Assembly: GCA_965226885.1 (NCBI GenBank)
Contig: CBDDEL010000014.1
Location: 352,001 to 416,000, forward strand
Reading direction: 5' to 3'
Source of the DNA: Opitutales bacterium
GTDB lineage: Bacteria > Verrucomicrobiota > Verrucomicrobiia > Opitutales > UBA2987
DNA: 64,000 nt
Shown piece by piece: positions 1 through 12,553 of the stretch. Made by a program: the position numbers and the translations under genes. The notes beneath the pieces were generated by a model that worked only from the letters and a program-made list of their open reading frames with translations, was not told the origin of the DNA and searched no databases. How positions within the stretch are numbered: position 1 is the first letter of the stretch; the number at the start of each line of letters is the position of its first letter.

Positions 1-589
1 GTCATCCATAAAGCCGAACACACCGCACAGGGGTCCAACCCGCGCTTCGTGGTGACGAACCTGCCGGGCGATCCCCAGGAGCTTTACGACAAGGTATACT
101 GTGGCCGCGGTGAAATGGAGAACCGAATCAAGGAACAGATGCAATTGTTCAGCGAGCGCACCAGCGCCCATCAATGGTGGGCCAATCAGTGGCGATTGCT
201 CTTGTCGGCGCTGGCCTACACCTTGATGGAAGCCATGCGCCGGTTAGCCTTAAAAGGGACGAAGTGGGCGCGGGCCCAATGCCACACCCTGCGGCTCAAA
301 TTAATCAAGATCGGAGCGGTCATCGTGCGCAACACCCGAACGATTCACTTTCACCTAAGTGAGAGTTATCCTTGGGCCAGTCTTTTCAACCATGCGGCCC
401 GCCGATTGGTGCCAACCTAAAGGGTGCATTGGTGCTGCCCCCGGCACTACCGAACCAATGGGGGAAAGGGGGCAGTGTCTCTACACCCTGAAAAACACCT
501 AAAAATCAAGACGATCTGCTCAAAATACAAAGAAATCCATCTCCAATAGCAATAACGAGCCAAACTTTACCCTTCATGAAATATCCGGG
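1..589 (+). mobile_element. IS1380-family element, 3' part (transposase C-terminus ends at 420)
   Basis: Matches the full copies at 16405, 56033 and 60016; YCGRGEMENRIKEQ motif; ends in TIR ...ATATCCGGG followed by CTAG. Confidence 0.93.
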
Positions 590-1361
590 CTAGCCAATTT
601 CCACTGATATCGAAAAGAACACCCAAATTGGTATAGGCAACACCCATACCCCATGAAAAATTCAACTCACGATAGAGCTTGAGGCTTCGTTCTGTGTTTG
701 CAATCGCTTCATCGAGCTTACCTTGCTGGTAGCAGATGCCGCCCAATGTGTTGTAGAGACTAGCCAGAGTGGCGGAATCTTTTACGTCTTCCGTATCGAC
801 ATCTACTTCTTGAAAAACTTCGTGAGCCAACGATATCGCTCCCTCCAAATCCCCCTGGCGGAAATGAATCCAGGCCAGGCGGTCCTTCAGAGTGTGAGCT
901 AAAGCGGGGTATTGCTGCGTGGTTGTTTCACTCAAATAGCTGAAACTTTTTTCCAGAAACCCTTTGGCTTCCGCAAAGGAGCCGGTGCGTTGCTTGACGT
1001 CACCCAATTCACGCAAAGTACGGACCAGAGTGGGAGTAAAAAGGGTATATTTCGCGCCTCCCTCCCATTTTTTCAGATGGTCCAGAGTATCGGAAAATAC
1101 CAGACCGGCCTCCTCGAATTCACCGGTAAATTTTAAAGCCTGGCCCAAACCCAAACGGGCTTCGAAAAATTCTTCTTTTTGCCCATTCAATTGAGCCGGT
1201 AAAATTTCTATGGCGCGTCTGTAGTGTTTGATGGCATCATCGTTAGCACATTGCCGCCTGGCTTCACTTCCAATTTCGATTAAGTAAGAGACAGCCTTTT
1301 CCGGCTGGTTGTTTTTTAGGTAGTACTGAGCTTTATCTTCAGGGTTGGTATTTGGTGACAT
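590..1361 (-). pseudogene. Stand-alone TPR protein (paralog of the cyclase-STAND TPR module), C-terminus cut by IS1380
   Basis: TPR motifs (AIKHYRRA, LASLYNTLGGI, GVAYTNLGVL); frame runs into the IS end after ISGNWL. Confidence 0.85.
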
Positions 1362-1957
1362 AGTGGCATACTCCTTAATTTAGGGTTTTATTTTTAGTCG
1401 ATTTATATGTACAGGCATAACTACCACATAGATAGCAACTATGCCGCTTTGAAAAAGAAGGGGGATAGAAAAAGCTAATTTAGCTTTAAATTAGTTCATA
1501 GCGAACTAACGAATCTAGCTATCTATTGACTATAATCAAGGTTATAAAATGGGTATTTTGTTAAAAATATGTAAAAATACTTATTATTTACGTATAAGTA
1601 CTAATATATAATCTTGATTAAGCACGTATTACTGATATTAGCTGCAAGTTTTATAATGTATTAATAATTAATCTAAATAAACATAAAATAACTAATACAA
1701 TGTATTAGAATAATACATATAACTATTTTAAAACCAAAAGAGTGATGTAACCACGGATTACTCGGTTGGGCGCTTATAGCTGGAACAATAGTGTCTGTAA
1801 CCCGCTGTTGTTGGCATTGCCGGTCGCCGTACCGGTTTGAAAACGAGCGGCTTTATGAATCACCAGGGTTTAGCCTTGGTGATTGTTTTAAACCAAATTT
1901 TGGCTGAATCCTGCATCGCGTAGACAGTATCAGGCAGGGCGTCTTTCGGCAACCTGA

Positions 1958-3285
1958 TGACGTGTACTGGATTTGTTGGACACGGGATTCTCTTATATTC
2001 ATTGTTTATTGATTAGTGTGTCAGGCGGCTTGTTTTGGTAACGGGTTTTGTTTTCTCGTTGCCCCCCATGGGGGGCAAATATTTTCCTCGAATTGGACTG
2101 GGCTTTGGTAACTCAGAGAGGAATGTTTGCGATATCGGTTGTAGAAGATTTCCACGTATTCGAAGACAGTTGATCGCAGTTCGCGCTCGTCGGCAAAGTG
2201 GCGGCCTCGAATCGTGCTGGTCTTGAAGCGGCCGTAGAACGATTCCATGGCCGCGTTGTCGTAGCAGTTGCCTTGGGCGCTCATGCTCGGCTTCATGCCT
2301 AGTTCAGAGACCAGCCTCTGATAGTCGTCGCTGGCGTAGGGGCTGCCCCGATCGCTGTGATGAATAATCCCGGTGCGCAGTGTGCCGCGGGTCATGGCCG
2401 CGGCTTTGAGGGCCTTGCCAACCAGCTTCGCGTCGTTGTGGTTGGAAACGCTCCAGCCCAGCAGGCGTCGGCTGAACAGGTCCATCACCGTGGCCAAGTA
2501 CATCCAACCGGCCAGGGTCCGTAGGTAGGTCGTGTCCGCCACCCAGACCTCGTCGATATGGGTCGGCTGGCCATGCTTTTTAAGCACATTGGGGCTGTAA
2601 CCATAGGGATGGTTACTGTTGGTTTTTAATGGCTTAAAGCGTTTACTCTGGGTGCTTTTGATTCCCATTTCACGCATCAGACGCAGAGCCCGGTCACGGC
2701 CGCAATCGATGCCCTCATCATCCTTCAGATGGCGGTGCATTGGCCGATGCCCATAGCGGCCCTTGGCCTCTTTGTGTACCTTCAGGATCGCCCCCTTGAT
2801 TCCCTCGTCCTCGATCCGCCGGGCCGAGGGCGCTCGGTGCCTCCAGCAGTAATAGCCACTGCGACAAATCCCCATCGCCGAGCATATTTCCTCGATCTTG
2901 AAGCGCCCCTCGTTGTCTTTGACAAACTGGTACTTCATTGTTCGTCCTTGGCAAAGTAGCCCACCGTTTTTTTTAGTATCTGGTTGATCCGCTCCGAGCG
3001 GCGCAGCTCTTTGCGAAGACGATCTATCTCGGCCGCCATCTCCTTCGGACTGCTCTGTCGCTTTGAGGTGGCTTCGCCCTGCTGATCGTCCAGATAGAGC
3101 CTCTTCCACCTATACAATTGGTTGGTGTTGACCCCAAGTTTGGTCGATACCTCGGTGGCGCTCAGACCATCGAGTATCATCAGTTGAACTGCCTCATTTT
3201 TGAACTCTATACTAAAGCGTCTTCTTCCCATGCTTCGATTCTCCATTTAGGAGAATCTCGTGTCCACTTTTTCCAGTGCACATCA
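1958..3285 (-). mobile_element. IS3-family element type A (orfA 2935-3246, orfB ends 2021)
   Basis: TG..CA imperfect TIRs, TSD CTGA, A8 slippery site, WVADTTY/HSDRGS/DNAAMESF integrase motifs. Confidence 0.95.
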
Positions 3286-3331
3286 CTGATCAAAAGGGGG
3301 GCTCCAGAATTGCCGAAGAACCAAAATGCGG

Positions 3332-6300
3332 TTAATTGTTCAGGTATTTATTTAACTCCGCTTTGGCTTGTCGCAGGTTGTGCTCGCTGCCGAGATTTTG
3401 GAAAATTGTTATCGCTTCGCGGAAGTATTTAATGGCTTTATCACGCAATTGGGTGAGTTCCGGCGCTTCTTTTTCGAGATGAGTCAAGAATACCCGGCCC
3501 AGCTCCATTAGAGCCAGACCTTGTCGATAGGGGTCGCTTTGTTCTCGGGATAGATCGAGTGATCCTTGCAGAGATTGCTCAGCTTCGCTAAAATTCCCAC
3601 CTCGTGCCAGCAATAGGCCGACGATCCTCAGGCAATCGATTTTTTCATCTTGGTATCCGCCTACCCGAGCCATATGCCAGGCCTGCATGGCGGTCTGCAA
3701 GCCTTTGGTCAAATCGCCGCATTCGGCCTGCACCATGGCTAAAATCCAGCGTGCATAAACCTCGATTTCCTTTGCCCCTATGGCCATTGCCAATTCCAGG
3801 CTGATATTGGCATGACTGGCGGCATCATCGAGACGCTTTTCGAATAGAGCGATTTGAGCCAGGCTGGCCCAAGATTGGGCGACGCCCATACTTTCCCCCA
3901 GTTGTTCCCGGATGGCTAAAGCCGCTTCCAGATCTCGCCGGGTAGCTTTGTGGTCGCCCAGTGCCATGCGCAGGATGCCCAGGTTGTCCAGGCTGCAAGC
4001 CTGGTTGTCGAGGTCACCGATTTCTTTTTGCACCTTGTAGGCTCTTTCGTAATATTCAATGGCTTTTGACCAGTCACCTTCTATATCGTGAAGGACGCCG
4101 AGATTGGTTTGTGTCACACCCGTCCCCCGCAAGTTATTTTCCTCTTTATACAACTTCAGACTGAGTTCTAGTTGTTCAATGGCTGTGCCGAGATGGCCTT
4201 TTTGCCAATTGATCCCTCCCAGGGTGTTGTAGAGGCTGGCGAGGGTTCCGGTATCGTCCGATTTGTAAACGCCGGGATGAAACCGGTACGGGGGTCGGGG
4301 TAAAACCGGTACGCTTGGAATAAGGTTTAGGTTAGTAATTGCAGGTACGTCAAGGTTTAGGGTTTGGGAGTTGGTTTTGGGGATTGGCTTGGGGTCGGTG
4401 AGGAGGCCGGAGGCCGACGAGCCGGGCCCAAGGCGTTTATTGTTTTGTGCCACGGCGACGGCGTCGAGCATCGCGCAAGCGGTAGCTTTGCCCGTTGGCT
4501 TCGAGGATATGCACCCGATGGGTGAGTCGGTCCAGCAGAGCTCCGGTGAGCCGTTCGGAACCGAGCACTTCGATCCAGTTCTCAAAGGGCAGGTTGGTGG
4601 TGACGATGAGACTGGTGCGCTCGTAAGCGCGGCTGACCACGTCGAAGAGCAGTTCGGAACCGGTCTTGGAAAAAGGGACGTAACCGAGTTCGTCGAGGAT
4701 GAGTAGGTCGAGCCTTTCGAGTTGCTTCATGAAGCGCTGCAGGTCGTGGTTGTCGCGTTGCTCGAGCATATGGGTAACCAGGGCGGTGACCCCGAAGAAA
4801 CGGATCCGCCGGCCCTGGGCACAGGCGGCAAAGCCCAGGGCGGTGGCCAGGTGCGTTTTACCGGTACCGGCGTTACCGAGGAGCAGCACGTTTTCGCGCT
4901 GGTCGACATACTCCCCGCGCATGAGCTCTCGGATGAGCGCTTCGTTGATCGAGGGCTGCGCTTCAAAGGCGAAGCTCTCGAGGGTCTTGAGCACGGGGAA
5001 ACGGGCGTTTTTGATCCGCCGCTGGGCGGCCCGCTGTTCGCGTTCAATGAGCTCCCGTTCGACCAGATGCAACAAAAAGGCGGCGTAATCGAGCCGGTCC
5101 CGGGAACAAGCCGCGGCCACCGCCGGCCATTCGCGCAGGATGGTGGGCAACTTCAGTTTCTTGAGGTGATGGTGTAACAGCAGCTGGTTTTTTTCTTCCT
5201 TCATAAAGCCCCTCCTGGAATCTTGAGCAGTTCGCTGTAGGCACCGAGGTCAGGGGCGGCCACACGGACGTGACGCAGGTGTGGATGGCCGTCCCCAGCC
5301 GGAAGGTTCTGCTCCCGTAGTCTTCCTGAGGATAGAGATACTGGGCGATGGCCTCACGAGTCAGTCCCCCCACCCGCAGGGCCGAGACGACGGCCTGCTG
5401 CAAGGCCGCCATGGGGTGTTTCTCCAACAGCCGCAGCACCCGGATATACTCCCGGGTGCCTTCGCCCCCGCATTGGCTTTCGAGCCGGCGTCTGAGGACC
5501 TGCAGGCACTGCGGCAACTGCCAGCCCGAGAGTGGGCGGGCGAAGTCCAAAGCGCCCGGTTTTTTCTCCAGCAAAGCCAGGTAGTGCACCGGCTCGAAAG
5601 AGACTTGCTCTTTATCCCAAATGCGGCGGTGCCGGGCCACCTCTTGGCCCCCACAGAAGATCACCACCTGCCGACAGGACCCTTCCACCACCACCGGATG
5701 GTGGGCGCAGCGCACCGGCACCGAATAGTCGTTGCACTCGAAGCGCACCAGCGAGAGGCTGCTGACGCAGGTCGAGCGTTTGCGGCTCGCTTCAAAGGGT
5801 ATGGGCGGCAACGCCAGCATGACGGCGCGCTCCTCGGCCAGCAGTTCCTTTTTCACCGCCCTTTTCCCGCGTAATTTACGCTCCATGTCCCGCTCACATG
5901 CCTCCAACAGCTTTGCGTTGAGTTCCTCCAGGTCCCGAACCTGCGGTACCGGTACCAGGAAGTTGGCCCGGGCATAACGCACGATCCCCTCGACCACGCC
6001 CTTCTCGTTGGGCCGGGCGGGCAGACAGAAGTGTTCCTCGAACAGGTAATGGCTCTGTAGCTGCAGAAACCCGTCGGTCAGCTTGCGTTCACGCGAACCG
6101 ATAATCTTACCCACCGCCACCTTCGAGTTGTCATAGCTGATGCGCCGGGGCACCGCCCCGAAAAACTCAAAAGCTCGCAGGTGCCCCTCCCAGAAGCTCT
6201 CCGTGCACTCCCGTTCGAACACCTGCACGAAAAAGGCATCGCTGTAGGGCAGGCTCATGGCAAAAAATGGCCGCCTACGCAATTGCCCCGCCTCCTTCAC

Positions 6301-7509
6301 CAGGGCATGACCGAAGTCCACCTGTCCCTCCCCGGGGCGGTGCTCCAGCGGCACGAACACTTCCCGCCGCCTCGCTCGCAGCTCGGCCACCACCTCCTTG
6401 ACCGCCGTGTAGCCCCCTTGGTAGCCCTTCTCCCGACCCAAACGCTGGTAGATCCGTTTGGCCGTATGGCGCTGCTTCTTGGGCACGTTCCGGTCCGCTT
6501 TGAGCACCTCCTCGATCCAGCCCACATACGGATCGATCTTGCGCTCTCGCCTCTTCTTGCGCCGGTATCCCGGCGGCTGGGAATAGGCCAGCATCTTTCC
6601 CAGGGTCTCCCAGTGCAGTCCCTCTTCTCGCATTACAGAGCGCTTGCTCTGCTTGTCCCGCAGCACTTTGTGCCGCACTCTTGTCCATTGCTTCATATCT
6701 CGATACACTCCTCCTTTCTAGGATAAGCGTACCGGTTTTAAAGCGCCCTCTTTACCGTACCGGTTTTTCCCCGGCGTTTACACCGATTTATCTATTATTG
6801 AGCTTTCGATGGCGGCATTAGCGGTCTCCAGGGCATTCCGGAAATCTCCCTGCCGAAACCGGATCCAGGCAATTCGATCCATCAGTCTGCACCATAGCTG
6901 GCGTTGTTTTTCGTGCCTGGATTTGCTTAAATGATGCAACCCCAATTCAAGGTAGTTCATGGCTTCGGCAAAGGAGCCTTCGCGTTGCCGGACATCCGCC
7001 AATTCCCGTAAAGTTTCTACCAGGATCGGGGTAAAAAAAGCATGGCTGGCGCGATTTTCCCATTTTTCGAGGATTTGCAGGATGTCGAGCAGAACCGTTT
7101 GCGCCTCGACAAATTCGCCCCTCAGTTTGAGGGCATTGCCCAGGCCCAGCCGGGCTTCAAAAAACTTTTTATTATCCCCGTTGAGGCGTTTTGGGAGCAA
7201 ATCCAAGGCCTGCCGATAGTGCCGTATGGCGGACTCATTGGCGGAACAGCGCCTTGCCTCATCCCCAGCTTTAATCAGGTAATAGGCCGCTTTTTTCGGT
7301 TCATTGCTCTTTAATAATTGTAGAGCCTGGTCCTCTTCCTGTTCGGAATTTGGCAAGTGGGGTCTTTCTGTTTTGCGGAATATAATGCGCCCTGGCTTTA
7401 GGTCCTCTTGGGCTATCGGGAATTCAATTGGAGAGGATTTTAAATATCGGTTTAAAAAAAACAAGGAATATTGGTCTGAAATTTTGTTAAAAAAAGGTAA
7501 AATTTTCAT
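3332..7509 (-). pseudogene. Stand-alone TPR protein (about 550 aa reconstructed), split by IS21
   Basis: Removing 4264-6782 and one CCGATT joins IIDKS to DDTGTLASLYNTLGG in frame (1653 nt). Confidence 0.88.
4264..6782 (-). mobile_element. istA/istB: IS21-family element copy 1 (istA from 6708, frameshifted near 3' end; istB 4437-5204)
   Basis: TGTAAACGCCGGG TIRs, TSD CCGATT, istB Walker A GNAGTGKT and LLILDELG; 2 extra bases at about 5293 relative to the other copies. Confidence 0.95.
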
Positions 7510-7714
7510 AAATCGTTAATTTTGACTTTCCCATGTTTATGAGACCGGCAGGTAGATGGTGCATCAAAAATTGCCTTTTCAGCACGTTCAATTAACACTT
7601 TTTTTTGGAAAAGGCTCAGCGTGAGCTTTCTCCAGGGTGTAGGTTGGTCTATGCTTTTTGGGGAGGGAGCAGGTAATGTGGCTGCCCGGGTAAACAGGGT
7701 GTCTAATTCCGAGT

Positions 7715-10700
7715 TTAGAGCTGACGGCTTTGGATGCACAATTGCAGCGTTGTCTCGGCTTTGCTGAGGTTTGGGTTTGATCCCAGAGTTTTGAAAATGC
7801 GGATGGCTTCGCGGCAATAATTTTCTGCTTTTTCTCGGGTTGGCTCCCCATTTTCTTCTTCCGTTTCCGCTTTGTTGAGCCATGCCTGGCTTAATTCCAG
7901 TAAAGCGAGTCCCTGCCTGTAGGGGTCTCGTTGTCGAAGGGAAAGTTCCAGGGAGCTTTGCAGTGATGGCATCGCTTGATTGAATTTGCCTCCGCGTGCC
8001 AGGAGCAATCCGACAATGCGCTGGCAGTCAATTTCTTCATCCACAAATCCACCCTCGCGAGCCATTTGGTGGGCCTTTTGAGCGGTTGCAATGGCGAGTT
8101 TTAATTCACCATTATTGGCTTGGACCATGGCTAAAATCCAAATGGCGCGAACTTCAATCTCTTTTCCACCAATGGCTTTGGCCAAACTGAGGCTAATTTC
8201 AGCGTGACGGGAAGCCGCCTTTAATTGATTTTCCAGCAATCTGAGCTGGGCCAGACTGCTACGGGACCGGGCCATTCCGAAGCTTTCTCCCAATTGTTCA
8301 CGAATCTTCAAGGCGGTTTTCAGGTTGTGCTGGGACGCCGAAAAATCTCCTTTGGCCAAATATAAAATCCCCAGATTATCGAGGCTACAGGCTTGATTTT
8401 CGAGGTCACCAATCGATTTTTGCAAGGAATAAGCCCGTTCGTAACAGCTAATCGCATTGGGCCAATCGCCCCTGATATCATGGAGAACTCCGAGGTTGTT
8501 GTAGGCAACGCCCATTCCCCCCGAATAATTCAATTTATCATACCATTGCAGGCTCCGTTTCACGTGGAAAATGGCTTTATCAAGTTGACCTTGTTGCCAG
8601 CATATTCCCCCCAGAGTATTGTGCAGACTGGCCCGAATTGCCGGATTATTAATCCGGCAATTGAATAGTAACAGTTAAGCGGCGTATTGAACATCCCGAT
8701 GATGGAAGAGTTTTTTAATCAAAATTGGTTTTCGTTGCCTGCTGCGCAGGTGGGTTCGCAGACTTCCCTGCAACTCAATTTGGCTGCGCGGGGCCGGCAG
8801 GTTCTTCAAGTTGGCTTTGACCGTGTTATTCAAATACTCATCGGGGTTCAATTTGGGACTGTAAGATGGTAGATAAAAAATCCCGATCCTATCGCGGTGG
8901 GCTTCAATCCAACCGGTTACTTTTTTAGCATGATGCACTCTCAGATTGTCCACAATGAGAAAGATTTTCCGTTTGGCTCCTTTGATTAACTGGCGCAGAA
9001 ATTTGATAAACAGTTCCACATTCAAGGCTCCCTTGTAAACCATGAAACGCAGCTTTCCACGGTTGGTTATAGTCGAGATCATGCTCGTGCTAAAACGACG
9101 CGCACTGCGTTTGGCAACTGGCGTTTTACCGCGCGGAGCATAACCTCTTCCCCGATGATCTTCGCTACTGATGCCGGTGATGCCGGTTTCATCTCCCCAG
9201 TGGATTTGGGCCTGTTGCGCTTTGGCTCTGGCTTCGATGGCCGGGTAAGTTTGATCAAGCCACCTCTTAATCGCCTCAGGCTGCTGCTCATAGGCTTGTC
9301 TTCGAGGTTTTTGTGGAGTGAAACCCCAACGGCGAAGATACTCGCCCACCGTGCGGATCGGCATCTTCAAAGCAAACTGCCTTTCAATCAACTCTTGCAC
9401 CGCTTGGCGCGTCCACAGGGCAAAGGGCATCTTAAGCTGGTCGGGTCTCTTATCGGTAATCATTCGGCACACCATGCGCTCTTGTTGGGAGCTCAATCTT
9501 CGACATTGGCCCTGCCGACGGCCCCGTTGTCCAAGCCGCAGGGCTTTTGGCCCTCCATTTCGGTAAAGGGCCCACCATCTGCGCACAGCGCTGATCGATA
9601 CCTTTAAAACCACGGAAACCTCTTCATAAGTGCAACCCTCTCTTTTCAGATCCACCGCCCGACACCTCAGCTCATATATAGTCTCTTCGCTTAGTGAACG
9701 CGCATCATTCCTATTCATGAACCTACTTTAGCATAAGTTATTGATATGTCACTATTTATTTGCCGGATTAATAATATCCGATTCGGTTTCAACATTCTCA
9801 ATAGCCTGGAGGGCAGCCTCAAGGGCCTTTTGTAGTTTGCCTTGCCGGAAATAGATCCAGGCCATGCGATCCAATACAGAGTTCAACAACTCCCGGTTAT
9901 TTTGCGGCGCTATTTTATCAATTTGTTGTAAACTTGTTTCCAGGTAGTTCAATGCGGGATCGAATGCTCCTTCACGTTGGTGAACATCGGCTAACTCCCG
10001 TCGTATTTCTACCAGGGTGGTTTTAATTGAGCTGGCTTCGGAGTCCCTGTCCCATTCCTCCAATTGATCCAGAGCTTCTGCCAGGATGCGCCGAGCTTCC
10101 AGGTATTCACCGGTCAGCTTCAAGGCATTGCCCAAGCCGAGCCAGATCTTTGAATACGATTCGCACTGCTTGATTGTGGGCTGAGCAAGCAAGGTGCATG
10201 CTTTTCTGTAATGTTCGATGGCGATCTCGTTGGCGCCGCTGTTTCTGGCTTTGGCGGCCGCTTTAATCAGGTAGGGCATGGCTCTTTTCGGTTTGCTGCT
10301 CTCATAGAAATGAAAGGCCATGGCCTGCGCCTTTTCACTTTGCGGCCAGATCGAACTTTTATTAATTGCGAGGGCGGCTTGCAGGTGAATTTTCTGCCGT
10401 GGCTGCTTCAATAATGTGCTGTAAATGCCTTCCTGAATCAAGCTGTGTCTAAATGCAAAACCGATGCTGGATTTGAAGGGTTTGGGAATAATGAATTGTT
10501 TAGCCACCAGTTCCTGCATTTGCTTGGTGATGGTTCTTGTGGTTGCGCGCTTCATTTCGATCAGTAGATCCATAGGAAACGATGAACCCAGCACCGCGGC
10601 ATGATACAATGTGCGCCGCAGCGCCGCGGGAAGTTCATCATAACGAGCAAGGACTAACCCCTGGAGGCTTCCGGGCACTTTTTGCAGCGCCTCATACGCT

Positions 10701-12323
10701 CCTTCCCGCACTCGCCATGTGCCATTGTTTTTTTCCAGTTTCTCCTGGTCGATCAACATGCGGATTATTTCCTCAACGTAGAAAGGATTGCCCGCGGCCC
10801 GATCTGCTATCCTTTTTTTGAGAGGCTCGGTCTCTGCGGAAGATTCGTTTATGATCTGCTCGATAAGGCATTGGCCCTCGGCATCTGTAAGAGCCCGCAA
10901 TTGAATATCGACAAACCGGCCAGGGTTTTTTTCGGCAGCTTTTAACAGCGTCTCCAAAACCGTTTCCCTCTCCAACTGCCGGGAGCTGAAAACAAGCATC
11001 AACGGCGCGTCAGCAACCGTTTGCACCAGATACTCGAGAAAATCCCGGGAGGCCGGATCAATCCAGTGCAGGTCTTCGAAAATCAAAACGGCCGGAGTTG
11101 ATTGGGCCAGTGTCAAGAGGAGTTTGCGCAGGGCGGAGTGGATCTGCTTTTGCAGCATCTTGGCGTCTAATTTTCGAAAAAGGGCATCGAATTTTTCATC
11201 CTCAATCTGCAGGCCCAGCACGAGGGCCAAATAAGGCCGCAATTCGTCATTCTCCAAACCATGCTTTTTGAGGAATGAAAGGAGCGCTTCACTCTGCATG
11301 GGCGCCGGATCGATCTGGGACAGGTTCAAAATATCTCTTAAAAGATCGGCTACCACCCAGAGGGGTTTGGAACGAGTATAGGCGGGGCAATTCCCCTGGT
11401 AAATGTCTATATTCAAATCATCGGAGGAGGACTTGAATTCAGCGATCAGCCTGGTTTTTCCCACACCGGCTTCGCCCCACACCGGCTTCGCCTGAGAGTA
11501 TGGCAATGCAGCTGCTGATTTGACTTATGACTTCACCCAATGCCTCTTGTAATTTCGCTAAATCTTCTTCCCGCCCGATCATCGGAGTACTTAATCCTGG
11601 CAAGCCTCGCAATCGATCCGGGTTTTCCTTTATGGCCAGCGCCTGATAAGCCGCCACGGGCTTTTCTATGCCCTTAAGCTCTATCGGAGGCAGCGGCCTG
11701 TATTCAAAAAGCGGTTTCGTCGGTTGGTAGGTTTCACTACTGGCCAGGATGGTGCCTGGTTGTGCGTTTTCCTCCAACCGTTTGGCCAGGTTGACGGTGT
11801 TACCAATAACCGTATATTCCAAATGACGGTCGGGACCAATTTTCCCGGCGATGACCGATCCGGAATTGATGCCGATGCGGATTTCGAAATGAATTCCGTA
11901 TTTCCTTTTCAGCCGTCTTTTCATGGGCGGTAAAATAGCCAACATCTCAAGGGCGGCCCTGACGGCTCGTTCCGGATCGTTTTCATGGGCCACGGGGGCC
12001 CCGAATAAAGCCATCAGCCCGTCTCCCATAAATTTATCAATGGTGCCCTCAAATTTGTAAACAACCTGGGCCAACAGGCGCATGGTTTCATTGATGAAAA
12101 GGTAAACCGTTTCACTATCAAGACCTTGGGATACACCGGTGAAATTGGAAATATCCAAAAACAGAATGGTAACCTCTCGCCTTTCACCAACCTCGTCTGC
12201 GGTTATGGCATTGATTTTTTCATTGAGAGTCTCCGGCATGAGATCCCAAAGATGTTTCATCCCTTCATCCTTCGTCATGGCTGCGGATGAACGGTCTTTC
12301 AATTCGTCTTGAGTTGAATTCAT
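7715..12323 (-). pseudogene. Class III adenylate/guanylate cyclase - AAA/STAND ATPase - TPR protein (about 1155 aa reconstructed), disrupted by IS630 and a 16-bp duplication
   Basis: Cyclase motifs VTILFLDI, DKFMGDG, GNTVNLAKRL; Walker A GEAGVGKT; Walker B LIFEDLHW; TPRs; removing both lesions gives one 3468-nt frame. Confidence 0.9.
8649..9771 (-). mobile_element. IS630-family element copy 1 (transposase 8675-9718)
   Basis: TTAATCCGGCAA TIRs, TA duplication, WGDETG / VDNLRVH / YSPKLNPDE motifs. Confidence 0.95.
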
Positions 12324-12553
12324 GAAATCAGAAATTTTCTACCTTTTAAAAATCCTTCGATTTTTTGATTTTCAGGGGGGATTTTCATTAATGCATAGAT
12401 TGGTATTTATTCCAGTAAATTCCATCTTTGAAATGGGAAAGGGATTTCCCTAACCGGAACGGATTTTACTTGCCTCGCGCTGGGGCATGTGTGTCCGATG
12501 GAACAACGTTTAAATTGAGGCCTGAGGCTGATTACCCCTTCCGGCACAAAGCC

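Noticed and set aside
1890..1957. Riboswitch-like GCCGAAAG segment on the minus strand
   Set aside because: I could not fold it into a recognised aptamer; an Rfam search would be needed
7506..7883. 125-aa ORF between the TPR genes
   Set aside because: Overlaps the cyclase-TPR 3' end out of frame and has no recognisable motif
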